Shown piece after piece: positions 26,371-27,165 of a DNA stretch of 27,165 nucleotides (position 1 is the stretch's first letter; each line of letters begins with the position of its first letter). The translations under genes and the position numbers were made by a program. Source of the DNA: a virus (Duplodnaviria; Caudoviricetes); IMG/VR virus record IMGVR_UViG_3300037424_003002, positions 1 through 27,165 of that record. One strand, 5' to 3'. Under the pieces are notes generated by a model, which saw only the letters and a list, made by a program, of their open reading frames with translations, made no database searches and was not told where the DNA came from.

Positions 26371-27165
26371 CTATCCTCCCGCCAGACCCACACTGAGCGG
26401 CAGATCTGTCGCCCATTCCAGCGTCGAGGACGGCGGCACGAATTCAGGCGGGAGCCAGTGCAGCTCGTCCCAGGGCAGCCAGACCGGCTCTGCGGTAATG
26501 ATCGGGATCTGCACCGGCACATCCGGACCATCCGAATCCACACCCGATGGACGAGTGATCAAATGCGGCACACCCTGCGGATCGACCGACGTAGCCCAGC
26601 ACCGCCACTGCTGCTCCACATCCTCTGCCCGCTTGATCGGCTCCGTCGTCAGCATTGAACTGATATAAGCGATCCCGCCCCCCCGGAGCACCAGCACGAA
26701 TGTGCCTGCAAACAATCGAGCCTCATCGAAACGAGGATACGTCGTGTATTCCTTGCCTTCGCCGGTCAGGCAATTGATATGATTGGGCAGTCCCGCGCCG
26801 CCGTTCATCAGCATCAACCCATCGTCCATCAGGGATGACATGCGCATGGCGTTCAGATCAGGGTTGAGTCCCCACCACATCTTCTGCACCGCGCAGTCCG
26901 CAATGGTGTGATGGTCTGGGTCCATTCGGTAGATCTCCGGCAGGCGCTTGCCAGCCTTGATCACATTCGCTCGGACAGGTCCACCGTGCAGAGCATTCTT
27001 ATATGCTTCGAGGTTTCCTCGATAACGAAAGTCTGCGGGCTGTGCGTTCACATCCACGCGCTCCACATCATGCGGCACACGACACCAACGATACCCAGCC
27101 GGGGCAGATCGTGACGCCAGGCTCACGACTGACTGATCGTCATACACTACATCCAGCCTGGTCAT
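26371..27165 (-). CDS. Hypothetical phage protein
   Basis: 264-aa ORF abutting the terS start; no family recognised. Confidence 0.6.
   Translation of the reverse strand: MTRLDVVYDDQSVVSLASRSAPAGYRWCRVPHDVERVDVNAQPADFRYRGNLEAYKNALHGGPVRANVIKAGKRLPEIYRMDPDHHTIADCAVQKMWWGLNPDLNAMRMSSLMDDGLMLMNGGAGLPNHINCLTGEGKEYTTYPRFDEARLFAGTFVLVLRGGGIAYISSMLTTEPIKRAEDVEQQWRCWATSVDPQGVPHLITRPSGVDSDGPDVPVQIPIITAEPVWLPWDELHWLPPEFVPPSSTLEWATDLPLSVGLAGG

Larger units (their letters stand above)
2037..27165 (-). mobile_element. Integrated prophage, virion morphogenesis module (podovirus-like); continues beyond the window end
   Basis: Co-oriented, often translationally coupled genes including terS, terL, portal, capsid and tail genes; abrupt left boundary inside a host gene; no tape-measure/major-tail/sheath block recognised. 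Confidence 0.9.

Noticed and set aside
2051-27165. Stop-codon reassignment or widespread prophage decay
   Set aside because: Genes tile densely and intact under the standard bacterial code

Overview
Bases 1-~2036 look like bacterial chromosome: a class II tRNA nucleotidyltransferase with an HD domain, then an RNase H-like (YprB/DEDD) gene cut off at about 2036. A Chloroflexota/Anaerolineae-type host is my guess from the sequence style only. From ~2037 to the window end is the minus-strand virion module of a podovirus-like prophage: terS, terL, portal, ejection-type proteins including a 2282-aa protein, scaffold, BPP-1/epsilon15-like capsid and cement proteins, adaptor, nozzle and a beta-propeller tail fibre. 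An accessory block (11.6-14.3 kb) sits inside the head genes. It carries a polysaccharide deacetylase fusion, a structured antisense region, and a Dam-like m6A methyltransferase with no recognisable target-recognition domain, its own promoter and a coupled 88-aa ORF. The most notable signal is a dispersed 18-22 bp palindrome, AYCGCC-N6-GGCGRT, with 5 exact and 5 degenerate copies found by eye. Copies lie in the MTase promoter, in the MTase gene where the recognition domain would be, on the scaffold/capsid promoter, and in intergenic or linker positions of structural genes. This suggests an uncharacterised MTase-plus-operator system. All protein calls rest on motif recognition and gene order; no database search was run.
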